Below, piece after piece: positions 13,490-25,434 of a stretch of DNA of 64,000 bases (its first letter is position 1; the number at the start of each line of letters is the position of its first letter). The DNA lies in assembly GCF_964194155.1 (NCBI RefSeq), contig NC_135892.1, positions 47,182,001 to 47,246,000 of the forward strand, read 5' to 3'. The notes under the pieces were generated by a model. It saw nothing but the letters and a program-made list of their open reading frames with translations. It was not told the origin of the DNA and searched no databases. The position numbers and the translations under genes were made by a program. The DNA is from Cetorhinus maximus (Eukaryota).

Positions 13490-16177
13490 GCAAGTTCAGA
13501 CAACTTGTTTAAAATATAGACCTTGTTTTTACCGCTGTGTCTCCTATTCCCACTATCCTGCTGCATAGCTCCAAAGAGATGCTCACAGAGATGAATGGAA
13601 TTTCCCCAAGAGTCTCCTGTAGGGCCATTAGCAACTCATCTCAAAGGGCTCCACACAGTGACCTGAATTGTTCTCCTGATCATCACTGCATTGAACTGGA
13701 GACCCCATCTGTAGCCTCTGCCTTTGCTACTCGGTAACCAGCCTGAGGGAACTCCTCATCATAGGTTGAACTCTGATTTGCCTACATCCCAGTAGAACAA
13801 CATGTCACATCTTCTCAGCATCTTCCCCTCATGACTTGGCAGAAGTCAGGGAACTGCCACACAAGGAGCATGGCAGATGCTGAATATCGTACCAGCCTTC
13901 TGTGCTTCAGCATGTTGGCATTACAACAGCATGAAATAATTCACAGTGTGAAATAAATTAATCTTGGCATTCTGACCTAGAAAATATTTGATCTTTCATG
14001 TATGTTAAATGTTCGCTTGCTGTGTTGATGGTAGGGCTCACAGAAATGGGCAGTGGGATCATCACATCACTGTTTTCTGTTGTAAGAGCAAAGACTGATG
14101 TGGCAAAACCACCCAGAAGGGAAAGAAGTTACTGAAAAAGCACCATCATAACTCCGCAGGAGAGAGATGTAAGGGCTGATAAATGCTGACTACATGGAAC
14201 TTCTCAATTCTTTTTCCTGTTGGATTTGTACAGTTTAGCTGTCATACTCAACTCTTTCATTTTAGATTGTTGGATTAGTGTTGGCCTCCTGCAGGAATTA
14301 CCGAAGACACCAGTGAGTAAGGGAGTCCAACGCACTCACTGTATTTTGGTGCATTGCGACTGATTGATAGATTTCACTCGAGTCTTCAATAAAACTAAAA
14401 ACACAGCTCAGGAAGATGGTCATGATTAAGGAATCACTAATAAGACTAGCGGAAGTATTGCCACTTGGAATCACAGTAAATGTAGTCTTCGACATGGCTT
14501 GGCTCTTGGGCAAATTTCCACCAGTATCGGTATAGTTAGTTTTACCCTCTGCTAGCCACAATGTGAGGGAGTGGGCAATGAGTGTGACTATGCACGAGGG
14601 TATGTCAAGCAGCAAACTGGCTTAATGGGTGACAGCTGGTGGTGCTGTAGTGCAAAGATGGAAAGTTTAGAAAGGCTGCTTTTCTTGCTGTCAAAGGAGA
14701 TTTGTGCTGTGTTACTTCCCCTGATTTATTTAAACTGTGAATGTGGTGATGAGTGCTGAATTTCATGGGGTGGTTGTACTCCTCCTCTGTACATGAAGCA
14801 GTGCATGAAACACTGATTGGATGATTTTGGTTTCATTATTTTAAAATACAGAATGGCACCTGGTATTGTGCCCCTCACACCACCCCTGCAGAGAGAGAGA
14901 CAATATTACTTGTTAATATTACTTAATATTACTAAGACTTGTTTTCCTTGTTTTCCTTTTAACACACTGGCCTTTGACTTCAGTCAGCAGGTCAAGCGCT
15001 CTCAGAAGCTGGTTTCTTCTGTATTTTGGTTGTCGTCAGCCCAGGGAAGAAGGAATCCCTTGAATCTTCATATACTCTGTGATTTCTTCCAAAATGCTCA
15101 AGTATTAGTGCACCAAACAAGATTATTGGGCTTTTCTTTTGGCAAAGAGCTCAAAGAAATATACCTATTGGTGACTGTTTTAGTGAAGTAGCTTCTAGAT
15201 TTACAATATTGGAATATCTCAAAAATCACTGAAACGTAGTGATTTCTCCCCATCAATTAAGATGCATTGGTAATGACTGAACACAATCAAAACTGAGGAG
15301 ATACATCCTTGGGCCTGTGATTTCCTTAACAGAAAATCCAGTAATAATTATGAAAATATTGATTACTTTGATGTTTATTCTTATTTATTTGTGTGGTTTC
15401 TTAACAATTAAAAATGCAATGCAAGCCTGGTTCTGGAGATATAAGGCTAGATTTTCCTCTCGCTGCCTGACCAAAGTAGAAAAGATGGCAAAATAGAACA
15501 AGAAGACCAATCAATGGCTTTCCATCTCAGTCTCCATCTTTGTCCCTTTAACCCCCAGTGGGCTGAGTCCTGGTTACCCCTCCTTTGTCCACTGCATGTA
15601 TATTACAATCCTATCGTATTTTGTGAATATACAGCAGCTGAAGGGTAAATGCTGTCCACTTCCAGCTTGCTGTATTTCTTTTGAAGCGATTTAACAGCCT
15701 TTCACAATGGTCTAAGCTTTTCAAATTATTACTTTTGTTTTTAAATTCTCTCCCTCACTATCTGGATATAGCTAGAAACTTTATTATTTTATGAAAGAAC
15801 ACTCCCAAACACAAATTTTCCCAGCAATTAAAGTATTTCTTAAAAGCCCACTTACCTAAGGGTGGATTAGCAACGGTTCCAATTTCAAACCAGAATTTGG
15901 TGTTTATTGCCACAATGCTCATGTATGTGGACATTGAATTTGACTTAGCTGTGATGCCCTCTATGGCCCACTAGCTTGCCAAACTCCCATCTACCCTCAC
16001 ATACTGAGAACAGTCACTTGGGTGTGGTACTGGGAAACTGAATGCACCTGTACCCAAATAAGGGAAAAGGGTTGAGGTTGGTAAAATGCTTTTTTTTTAA
16101 ATCATGCCTGGTAGTCAAGCATCAGAATTTAAACTGTAATGTCCATTTTACAGATTCTTCTTTAAATCTTATTTCAG

Positions 16178-16303
16178 GGTGCAATGGCTGCCACCTACTT
16201 TGCTTTAAACCGTACACCTCAGGCACCAAGACTAGAACCTGTATTGGCATCAAACCTGGCCCAGCGAAGAGGAATGAAAAGATTGACTTCTACAAGGCTA
16301 TAA
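16178..16303 (+). CDS. RPS6KA2: RPS6KA2 last coding exon (autoinhibitory helix, ERK docking motif LAQRR, PDZ-type C-terminus STRL)
   Basis: cttatttcAG|ggt; translates [44 protein letters not shown], nearly the human RSK3 C-terminus as recalled. Confidence 0.96.
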   Translation, partial: GAMAATYFALNRTPQAPRLEPVLASNLAQRRGMKRLTSTRL

Positions 16304-17431
16304 CAGCTACTGTGCAACAACTCTAGGAAGTTTTCTATTATTATATGTAAAAGTATATGGGCCTCTCTTAGCCAATGCAAGAGACCCCAAAAGACCCAAA
16401 GTATTCACAGAGGTTGGGCCTAGTTTCAGGCTCCTGTTATTCAGTGGTTCCAGAACAGGCTGAGGGCCATTCACCAAACTTGCTGCACTGTAAAGGATAA
16501 GAGAAGATGAACAGAAGTTAATTTCTTTTCTAAATTAACATGGGTGTCTTTGTTTTTTTTACCGGCTGTTGTTTGAAAAGAACAGGTAAACACTGATTGT
16601 GAAAACTAGGCTCAACCTCTTGCAAAGTAAGTAGAAAAGGATAAACACACAAGTGCTTTGATAAAACACTTGTACTTGCTGCTCTATAAAAAGCAGAGCA
16701 ATGTTGTTACCTCTTAATTGTCTAAAAAAGAATAAGGAGACTAAAAAAACCAGTAGTTTGAAGCAGACAGATCTCTACATGGAGAATCCTGCCTGGCTAG
16801 GCCTACAGTGTCTGAACTGTTCTTTTTTTTTTGCTTTTTATTTTGTTGAGACGCAACAATTCAGTTCCAGCGAAATATTTGTGAACCAACCACACTCATT
16901 GATGTTTTCATATATTATATCTGCATTTTTTTACAATGTCCTGTGATAATGTGAAGTATCAAGAAGCACAATGAACTTCTAAGTGTAGAGGTACATGAGG
17001 CTTGTGAGCAGTGTCTTTTCATTGATGGATGCCTGTGGAGTACTGTGATGAGACAATGCTATAGCAGCTAATGTTGCCTAATTTTTACATAGTTCTGTTT
17101 CTTAGCACTATGGCCTAGCTTTAACCTGTGGTATTGTATAATTTACTTACATTGGAAGGTTGGCATGCCTTAATATGGCATTATTAGTGTTAGAATCAGC
17201 AATGTTGTGATTCTACTATTAACAATCAAATAATATGCTCAGAAAACAACTTTTCCTCTCCCCACTTTTCTTCCTGCTTCTCCTCATCTGAAAATGTTGA
17301 CCTTCTGCTGGGGTATATAATTAGCAGTTACCTTCTAGCTCCTCACAAGAAGTCATTATTCATGTGTGAACCTCGACAGTATAATCAAGTTGTGCAATCA
17401 TGGGGAACCATAGCCGAGTCTGATTCTGTCA

Positions 17432-17632
17432 TAGTCATAGAGTCACAGAGGTCTACAGCACAGAAAAAGGCCCTTCGGCCCATCGAGTCTGCACCAGTCA
17501 AACAAGTACCTAACTATTCTAATCCCATTTTCCAGCACTAGGCCCATAGCCTTGTAAGCCACAGTTTCGCAAGTGCACATCCAAATACTTCTTAAATATT
17601 ATGGGGGTTTCTGCCTCTACTACCCCTTCCTC
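17432..17632 (-). mobile_element. CR1 3' tail fragment
   Basis: IFKKYLDVHL...GYGPSAGKWD and a short tandem tail (catagt repeats). Confidence 0.75.
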
Positions 17633-17935
17633 ATCCAATATTAATATAAACACCAAAATCCCTGCAAGGGTTTGTAAACAACGATCAGGAGAATCCTGGC
17701 CAATTTTGCTCCCCCCCCACCGCCCCAATGCGCACATGCTGTAGCTAAGTGTTGAGTCCCTACCCCACCCTAGCTGAGGTCAGCTCTCTCAGCAGTCACA
17801 TATATTTTGTCACATGCTACCCACAGGAAAATACCTGGTACTTTGGAATTGTTGACATTGTCGTGCACATGAGATATTTGGCTAAAATTATTTGGTGACA
17901 ATTTATCAAAAGGCCATCATGGTTACTGCTTACAT

Positions 17936-17937
<2 letters not shown>

Positions 17938-17966
<29 letters not shown>
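17938..17966. repeat. (GA)n microsatellite
   Basis: About 14 perfect GA units. Confidence 0.95.
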
Positions 17967-17968
<2 letters not shown>

Positions 17969-20900
17969 CTTGCAAGGTTGGGTCACAGTGCTTCCTATTG
18001 CTTTTGGAGGGAGTGCTAACTTGTGGTTCCCTTCTGAGTTGGCCCATTCATACTGTTCTGAGAAACGATTTTGTTGTGGACTGAAGGGGTAATGCCATGG
18101 GTACTTCGAGTTGAAAGACTTCCAGAAATAGATTTCAGACTGTCTTGCCATCTCCCCTGCTACAGGGAGTATATATATGAACCATTCTGGGGATTGGAAA
18201 ACCCACCTTACATTTATTGTGAGGAAGGTTACTCTTGTGCTTTGCAATGAGGCAGGTTTCAGGAACATTTTTTTTATGGCTTCTGTTTCTAGTGGCAAAA
18301 ACCCATGAGAACATTGGATGCCAAAAAAGCAGGTAAATTTTGGAGAAAATGAGTGAAATTATTTTTTGTTTGGAGCAAGACTCAAAATCAAGTAAATACA
18401 CACAGGACTGAAACAAAGAACAGTTTGGCTAAATGACAACCCATAATTACTTGTCTAGTTCACAGCCAGTGTGAGGGCTGCATTAAATCACTTGGGAAAA
18501 ATAAATAGTGGAGTTTGAATTTCACACTTCACTCTAAACAACAGGAACAGTGAAGGATTCAGTATTTCTATTTTGTGTTTCACATGCATTTCATTAATGA
18601 CATCATCATGCATGACATTTACGTCACTAAAGTTATCTTCCATTCCATTTCTGCATGCAAACACTGGGAAAGGTTCGAGGGCTTTTTAATCTGATTTTGT
18701 TCATTAACCAGCTTGAAGGAGTCTAGGGAATCTTGGTGGGATTAGGTAAAATAAACTTCAATAATATTTTGGTGGGGATGAGGAGTCCATTAGAAACAGG
18801 ATCTGCCAGAATTGTGGTGTAATCCCAGTGCCAAGCACCTCATGAGGCCAGCTGACCAGTAGGATTGTACTGAGAAGCTGTGGGGACCTTCTCAACCCCA
18901 GAGTCAGCCTGCCAGTTGTGGATCGGCAGCAAGGTTGGCTGGCTCATGCTTTGGCAGAGAGCTGTTTTACACCTGTAATAGAGAAGCACAATCAAATTTC
19001 TCAAACAGAAAATGCTGGAAATACTCAGTAGGTCTGGCAACATCTGTGGAGAGAGAAACAGAGTTAACGTTTCAGACTCATGACCTTCTAGGCCATTATT
19101 TTCATTCAGCTATCAGTAATAGGTGTGCTGGCCTACATGTTGCAGGAGAGGCTTGCCCTCTAGTGGCTGGATTCAGCAAGCACATGCTGGATGTGCAGGA
19201 ATTGTGAGGTTCATTGTGTTCTTTCTGATTTTCTGCACTGCTGCCTACACCAGTTGAATGCAAAACATAACCAGAACTCATGTTACCATTTGCCTGTCTG
19301 ACTGTGAGCTGTCTGAGGAAGCAGGAGGTTTTTAAAGTAACTATGGGTTGTGTAACGATGAATATATTGGCCCCAAAATTGCTGTTAATATAAAAACAAG
19401 GATAGGTGAGGGTAGATGCTTTGTGGAAGGCCCTGCTCCATTTCCAGCTCGCACTTCCAGCAATTGTCAGGGGAATTTAACATCAAGATTAAATGGGTAA
19501 GAGCAAGTCTGACTAACAGTGGCAACTCCGAAGAAGTTATACAGACTCGAAACGTTAACTCTGTTTCTCTCTCCACAGATGTTGCCAGACCTGCTGAGAT
19601 TTTCCAGCATTTTCTGTTTTTATAACAGTGTGCAATGTTCATTACTCTGCCACAGCAATTTTCAGGTCATTGTATTGAGCTGATTCTTGTGTTGCAAGTG
19701 GTTAGTTGAGAGTTTGCTTACATATAGAGTGATTGTTCTAACTGTATTTTAAAGATTAAAGAAGCTTTCTGGGAGAGGGTAAAACTTCTCTAAGCATAAT
19801 AGTTATGCACTCAAGTCAAATTGCTCTGTATGTTATTTTCATGATGCAGTGGCCCATTTAAAGAGTGAATGACAGCAGTACAGAAATTTGATGAAAAACA
19901 CGTTAGTCACTGTATTAAATATATCATATGGGAGATTTTTACTCCCTGTTGTCCTGCTATGGTCAAGTTGAGAGAACTGCAACAAACAGCCAGCAAATTC
20001 CACAGGATTTTCACCTCACTTTCTGCAAAGTAAAGCTGGTAAAGAGGGAGCAGCTCCAAGGAATTCCCTAGCATACACGTTGCCAGTGGTCTGAGCCCTT
20101 ACCGATCTCTGCCAGGCGATGTTACAGAGACAGACATCATGGAGAAAACTTTGCGATACTCTTTGTTGCATGTAAAACATTGTGCACAGTCAAAGCTGTA
20201 TTCAGGTTTTATGGAGCTCCCTCCGTTGCCACAGTGTAACCTCCCCCTTGTCCATCCATTAAACCTTCTCAGCGATATCAATAACCACATTGGACAAACT
20301 GGTATCTTGATAGCTAGCATCATTTATCGCCATGACCAGCCCTATTCCCTGTTTCTTAACTGTCATTTTCACAGGTGAAGGGACATATGAATTGTCAGCT
20401 TTGAGGAAGAAACAACAGTCACCTGACATGTCAAAGGCTCTGACTGTGTCTTCCCATCACTGGGTACACATGTTGGCTGCATGACACGGGCATGACTATT
20501 TTCTTAGTGCCAGAGTTAACATCGTCTCAAGCAAAAGCAAAATACTGCGAATGAAAACCTGAAATAAAAACAGAAAATGCCAGAAATACACAACAAGTCA
20601 GGCTGCATCTATAGAGGGAGAAACAGAGTTAATGTTTCAGGTCAATGATTACCCTGTTTCTCGCTCTACAGATGCTGCCTGACCTGCTGGGTATTTCCAG
20701 CATTTTCTGCATTGATCTTCTCCAGCAATCTCTATTCCATGATAGCAGAGGGCAATTGGTAATCAATGAGTAATTGACTCACTGAGAAGTTTAAACAAGG
20801 AACTCTGCCCTCACTCTGTCTCTTTATTATATAAACACTTCAATTTTAGCTGCATCCTGATGGTGTATTTAGTGCATGAGCAGCCAGTCAAAGCAATAAC

Positions 20901-21837
20901 TTTCCCTAACATCAGGCAAAAGTCCCTTCCAGCCAGCATTGACTAATAGGAGCTGCAATACCAGACAGGGCGTGCCAATTGACCAGAAATGGGCACTTGT
21001 TAGGGAAGATCAAGATAGACTATTTCCTCTGGTGGTGGAGTCTAGAAAAAAGGGCATAACCTTAAAATTAGAGCTGGGCAGTACAGAGGTGATGTCAAGA
21101 AGCACTATTCAATCAAAAGATCGAGGAAATCTGCAACACTCTTCAAAAAGCTGCTGGAACTGGGCCAATTGAAAATTTCAAAATCGAGATAGATAGTTTA
21201 TTTGTTAGATAAGATTATTAAGGGAACCAAGGTGGGTAAATGGAGTAAGGTGTAGATTAGCCATTATCTAATTGAGTGGAACAGACTCAAGGGGCTGAAT
21301 GGTGCACAGCATTCCTAATGATATGAACTTCCCTGTTAAAACATGTTTTATCAGATTGTATTCAGATTTTTGAAACCTAGATTTGTTAAGCTCTTCAAAC
21401 TGTTTTCACATTGTGTAGGAGGGTCACTTTTACATAAAGTGTCTCTGACAACTAGTCATGTCTGCTTGTGTAAAAACAGTTGTGTGCAGCCAGTTAATCT
21501 GCCTGTAATGGTCCAGTGCCTATGTTGAATGGTAATTGTCTGACAATAGTAATATGAACTAATGAATAGAATACGTGAGATAGTATACAAAGTGTTCCCA
21601 TGTTGAGATTTTTTTTACTAATTTACAGATTTTCTTTAAAATGCTTTATCAATAAAAATGAGTAACTTATTTGACGTAAAAAGGAAAACTACAAGTGCTG
21701 GAATCTAAAGTAAAACCAGAAAATGCTGGAAATACACAACAAGCCCACCAATGCTTTAAAGGAAAATATTATCCTTTTCAGATGCTGTGTATTTTGTTTC
21801 CAATTTATAACACACTTGGAATTGCCAATAACTTACT

Positions 21838-22220
21838 TGGAGATGGTGGCGTAGTGGTAATGTGGCTGGAATTCAGAGGCCCAGGCTAATGTTCTAGGGA
21901 TATAGGTTCAAATCCCACAATGGCAGCTGATGGAATTTAAATTCTATAAATCTAGCTTCAGTGATGATGACTATAACAACTACCACTGCTTGTTGTAACA
22001 ACCCATCTGGTTCATTCATGTCTTTTAAGGAAGGAAATCTGCCAAAGTAACCTGGTCTCATTACATGTAATTAATTACATGTGACACCAGACCCACAGCA
22101 ATGTGGTTGACTCTTTACTGTCCTCTGAAATGGCCCACCAAGCCACTCAGTTCACACTTAGGAATGGATAACAAAAGCTAGCCCTGCCAAGAACACCCAC
22201 ATCCTATGAAGGAATAAATA
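21838..22220 (+). mobile_element. tRNA-derived SINE; relatives at 3061-3200, 29202-29528 and a tail at about 400-510
   Basis: Box A-like ggtggcgtagtggta and box B-like ggttcaaatcc. The 3' tail matches the 3' end of the LINE at 58020-58078. Confidence 0.8.
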
Positions 22221-24012
22221 TATATATTTCACAAGTATTTATTTTTTGCTGTATTTTTGTGCATTCAGAATAAATGGATCTATCTGCAAAGTATATTTCC
22301 CCTATAGACCTGTTCCTCCTTAAAATTCCCAAATAGAAATAATAGCAAAAGCTATTATAATTAGGTGCACTTTTTAAATTTTGAGGTATATTATACCAAA
22401 TGGTACAACAGCTTCAGTTAACTTCAAATATTTCATATGATAAAGTGAAATCTCACCTTGAAACCTTTCTAATGTTCTGATTAAAGGTAGTGAGAAACTT
22501 TTCTTTTGGGAGAAAATTTTGAGGAGCTAATTGTCAGGACATCAAAGAAAATTTATGAGGAACAAAATATTCAGAAGCATGACCCAGCACCTCCCAGGCA
22601 TAACATTACTGTGGTAGCCTGTCATCATGGGCAATTCTATTGTGTTTTGGGGTAGCTAACCTCAGCCAGGGCAGCAACTATGGCACAGTTGATGTTGGAG
22701 GGAGTGGCCAAAATTTTTGTCCTTAGTGACTTCTGCTGGAAAGTGCATCCATGTAGACATGTCTTACCTACACTAAAGGAGGATGAGAGCCTGAGCACTG
22801 ATCAGTGTACCTGTAGGAGCTGCAGTCAATCCAGCAGGCTTCTCTGCGGCCTTGTTCTTAGTGAATTGAAGTTAATCCTCACAGCTGCCTGAATTTTGTC
22901 AAGAAAGCCCACCTCCACCCCCCCACCCCCCACCCCATCCACCACTCCCAAAGTTCCACAGACGTAATGGACATTTGGCATGTCTTGAGACACTGAGGCC
23001 AACCAGACCATCTTTGTTGCTGCCCAGCTGAGATCAGATAATTTAGTATGGATCTGAGATTGAACCTAGGATACAGTCAGTCTGCATGACAATGCAGTAA
23101 TCAAGTGGTAAATTTGCTAGTGGAGACTCATATTGCACCAAACTGTGCAAATATGTAAAATTGCTCAATATTTTCCTTGAGATCATTAATTCAAACTAAA
23201 ACTAGGGGCTCTGGGCATCAGCAGAGAATTATTGCATTAAATAGAAAACAGCTCTAATGGGCAGTAAGAGTTGCCAATGAACCATTAGTTGGCAATATTA
23301 TAGGGATTAAAATAACATCTAAATTTTAATGCTAATAATTTTTCTCATAGAGCAGAAAATATGTAATTGCAGCAAATCAACTAAAAGAGACTGCTAATGT
23401 TGTTTTTCTGCCTTTCTGCCCCTTCAATGGGCCAGCAGAGGAAATATAACAACATGCCGACTATTTTTTAAAATTTAAAACAATATTGCTAGCTTTCAAC
23501 CAGGGAAAAAAATGTCAACATTTTATAAAAATTGAGCTATTGGTTGTCATTGCCTGTTGTCCTGGCAATAAAGCCTTTCTTCATATTTAAGTTACCCTTT
23601 TTAATCGCCATGGTGTAATAAGGAAGGAAAGCTTATTAAACCCATTGAGAACACACTGCTTTCAGTTAAGTCTTTGCTCCATTACAGAGATCTAAAGAGA
23701 CAACTGTAATAATGAACAGGATGGATGGAATATATACTCTTGGTGAATAATTGAAATGTGATGTTAATCAGGGACACAAGCCTTCTGCTTCTATGTTTTA
23801 CTATCTGTGAGTTGTGAAGCTGTAAATTAATTAATATACATGTCTGGTCCTGTTGCCATTTCTCCAGCACTTTTAATGTTTTAAAACTGTCGTAAATTAT
23901 TCTTATGATTTATAATTTGTTTTGTATTACAAACTGTACTGATTGTAGGCTTAAGTTTGGCAAATGGTACTTTATACAGTATCAGTAGGTGGAAATGAAT
24001 TCCTTGAATACA

Positions 24013-24018
24013 TTTATT
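24013..24018 (-). terminator. Candidate polyadenylation signal of the minus-strand gene
   Basis: AATAAA on the minus strand (plus tttatt) about 175 nt after the TAG. Confidence 0.4.
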
Positions 24019-24190
24019 AAGCTTATTTGACTTGACAAAATACATTTTGTAATGTAAATGGATTTTATGAAGTCTAATATTTTTATAGCACTATGATAAA
24101 CATAGAACTTTGTATATTAAAAGGAGCTGCTCCACAAGATGAGTACACTGCTTTTCCTTAGACTGTCCAGTAGCTTGATCCTGCAAATTG

Positions 24191-24444
24191 CTACAGCCAT
24201 TTCCAAGGAGCATGATGATCTGATTCCATCTCCGACAGGACCTGCAGGCCCCACTCGCCAGTCTCGGTTAGCCTGCTTGCACTGTTCTTAGTCCAGGTGC
24301 ATTGTAGAGTCCTTAAAGGGAAAAAGCTGAAAGAGCACTTGCTTGTGTCATGTACCCCATCTCTGCAAGCTGAGGATATTTTCCTCCAGTCTATTGAAAA
24401 TAATCTCTTCATGTTAACTCCATTTTTCTCAGCCACATGGATTT
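24191..24444 (-). CDS. Terminal coding exon of an unidentified gene
   Basis: Minus-strand acceptor ttttgtccccctcctatAG, then (K)IHVAEKNGVNMKRLFSIDWRKISSACRDGVHDTSKCSFSFFPLRTLQCTWTKNSASRLTETGEWGLQVLSEMESDHHAPWKWL-TAG. Non-repetitive; AATAAA about 175 nt downstream (24013-24018). Confidence 0.6.
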
Positions 24445-24621
24445 CTATAGGAGGGGGACAAAAACTATAAAAATATGTAATTTATGGGTAATTATTTGCA
24501 CTCTACCATGGCTTTGCATGTCATTTTACATGATGTCTTTATACAGAAGAAATAAAGAATTCTGGAAAATAGTTCCCTGGGTTGTAGTTTTCACTTTAAT
24601 TTGTTTTTTTCCGAAACTTAC

Positions 24622-24776
24622 TGCAGACCTTGTGCTGATGGCTTTTCCATAGTGATGTTGGACTTGTTGAAGGAGCTGTGTACAGAGCTTTACCAAGTCA
24701 AATCTCTGAACCTCTATAACAGGCACAATTGACCCTGTGATGGTGAAACTTCTCCTGCCACTGGCTCTTTTTCAGG
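24622..24776 (-). pseudogene. Penultimate exon of the same unidentified gene, with an in-frame TGA (pseudogene or recoding)
   Basis: Strong acceptor ttttgcttttcatttacAG and donor a|GTaagt, 155 bp, 177-bp intron to the terminal exon. The frame joining the terminal exon reads LKKSQWQEKFHHHRVNCACYRGSEI*LGKALYTAPSTSPTSLWKSHQHKVC, TGA at 24698-24700. Confidence 0.5.
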
Positions 24777-25434
24777 CTGTAAATGAAAAGCAAAACAATT
24801 ACAAATGATGGAAATCCAAAATGCAAAAGAAAAGCTAGAATCATGCAATAGATTAGTCAACATCTGTGAAGAGAACAAACAAGTCCCGTCTCAGGATGAG
24901 AGTCCTTCATCATAACTGAAAACAAAGACGATAGATGAAGAACCATTTGAATAGAATATGAACAAATGGAGTGGGCCTAGGCAATGAACCACGAGAGGGA
25001 GCACGGATCGACTGAGTATTTGCCAAATTACAAGAGAAACAGGAGATCGTTGCTGCAATGATCTTTGCATCAGAGAATGAAAAAAAAGCCTCATTAGAGA
25101 AACAAAGAAGCTGATGCTATGAAGAAGAGATGAAATGATAGATTAAAGGCCTCTGGATCAGGTTTGAAATTTTTAAAAAGCTGGCAAAATAAGATGGGGG
25201 TGAGCTGGAAAAAAGAGCAGGCCAACACCAACAGTTGCAAAATCTCCCACCAGTGCTCTGTTCTGACAGGATCTTCATCCCAAAGGTCAATCAACCTCCC
25301 CTTTTGCCAGCAGCCATCAAAACTATCAGACATTGCCAGCGTCCCCTGACCTAAGGAAATGGAGGCTCCAGCTGAGCCTCTGAAGTAATTACAGTTAATG
25401 TTCAGGTAATAGGGCTACAGAGTGCCCAGGAGAA

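Larger units (their letters stand above)
16304..21680 (+). other. RPS6KA2: Probable long RPS6KA2 3' UTR; end uncertain
   Basis: Mostly unique AT-rich sequence after the stop. AATAAA at 21651-21656 follows a U-rich tract; other AATAAA hexamers lie near 18500, 18750, 22269 and 23567. Confidence 0.4.

Noticed and set aside
23500-24190. SECIS element for the in-frame TGA
   Set aside because: No AUGA or GUGA core before the first AATAAA; the ATGA near 23548 lacks a pairing helix by eye. A formal SECISearch run is still needed.
24526-24726. ORF-track peptide MPVIEVQRFDLVKL as the true frame of the exon
   Set aside because: This frame has a stop immediately after the acceptor and splices out of frame into the terminal exon.
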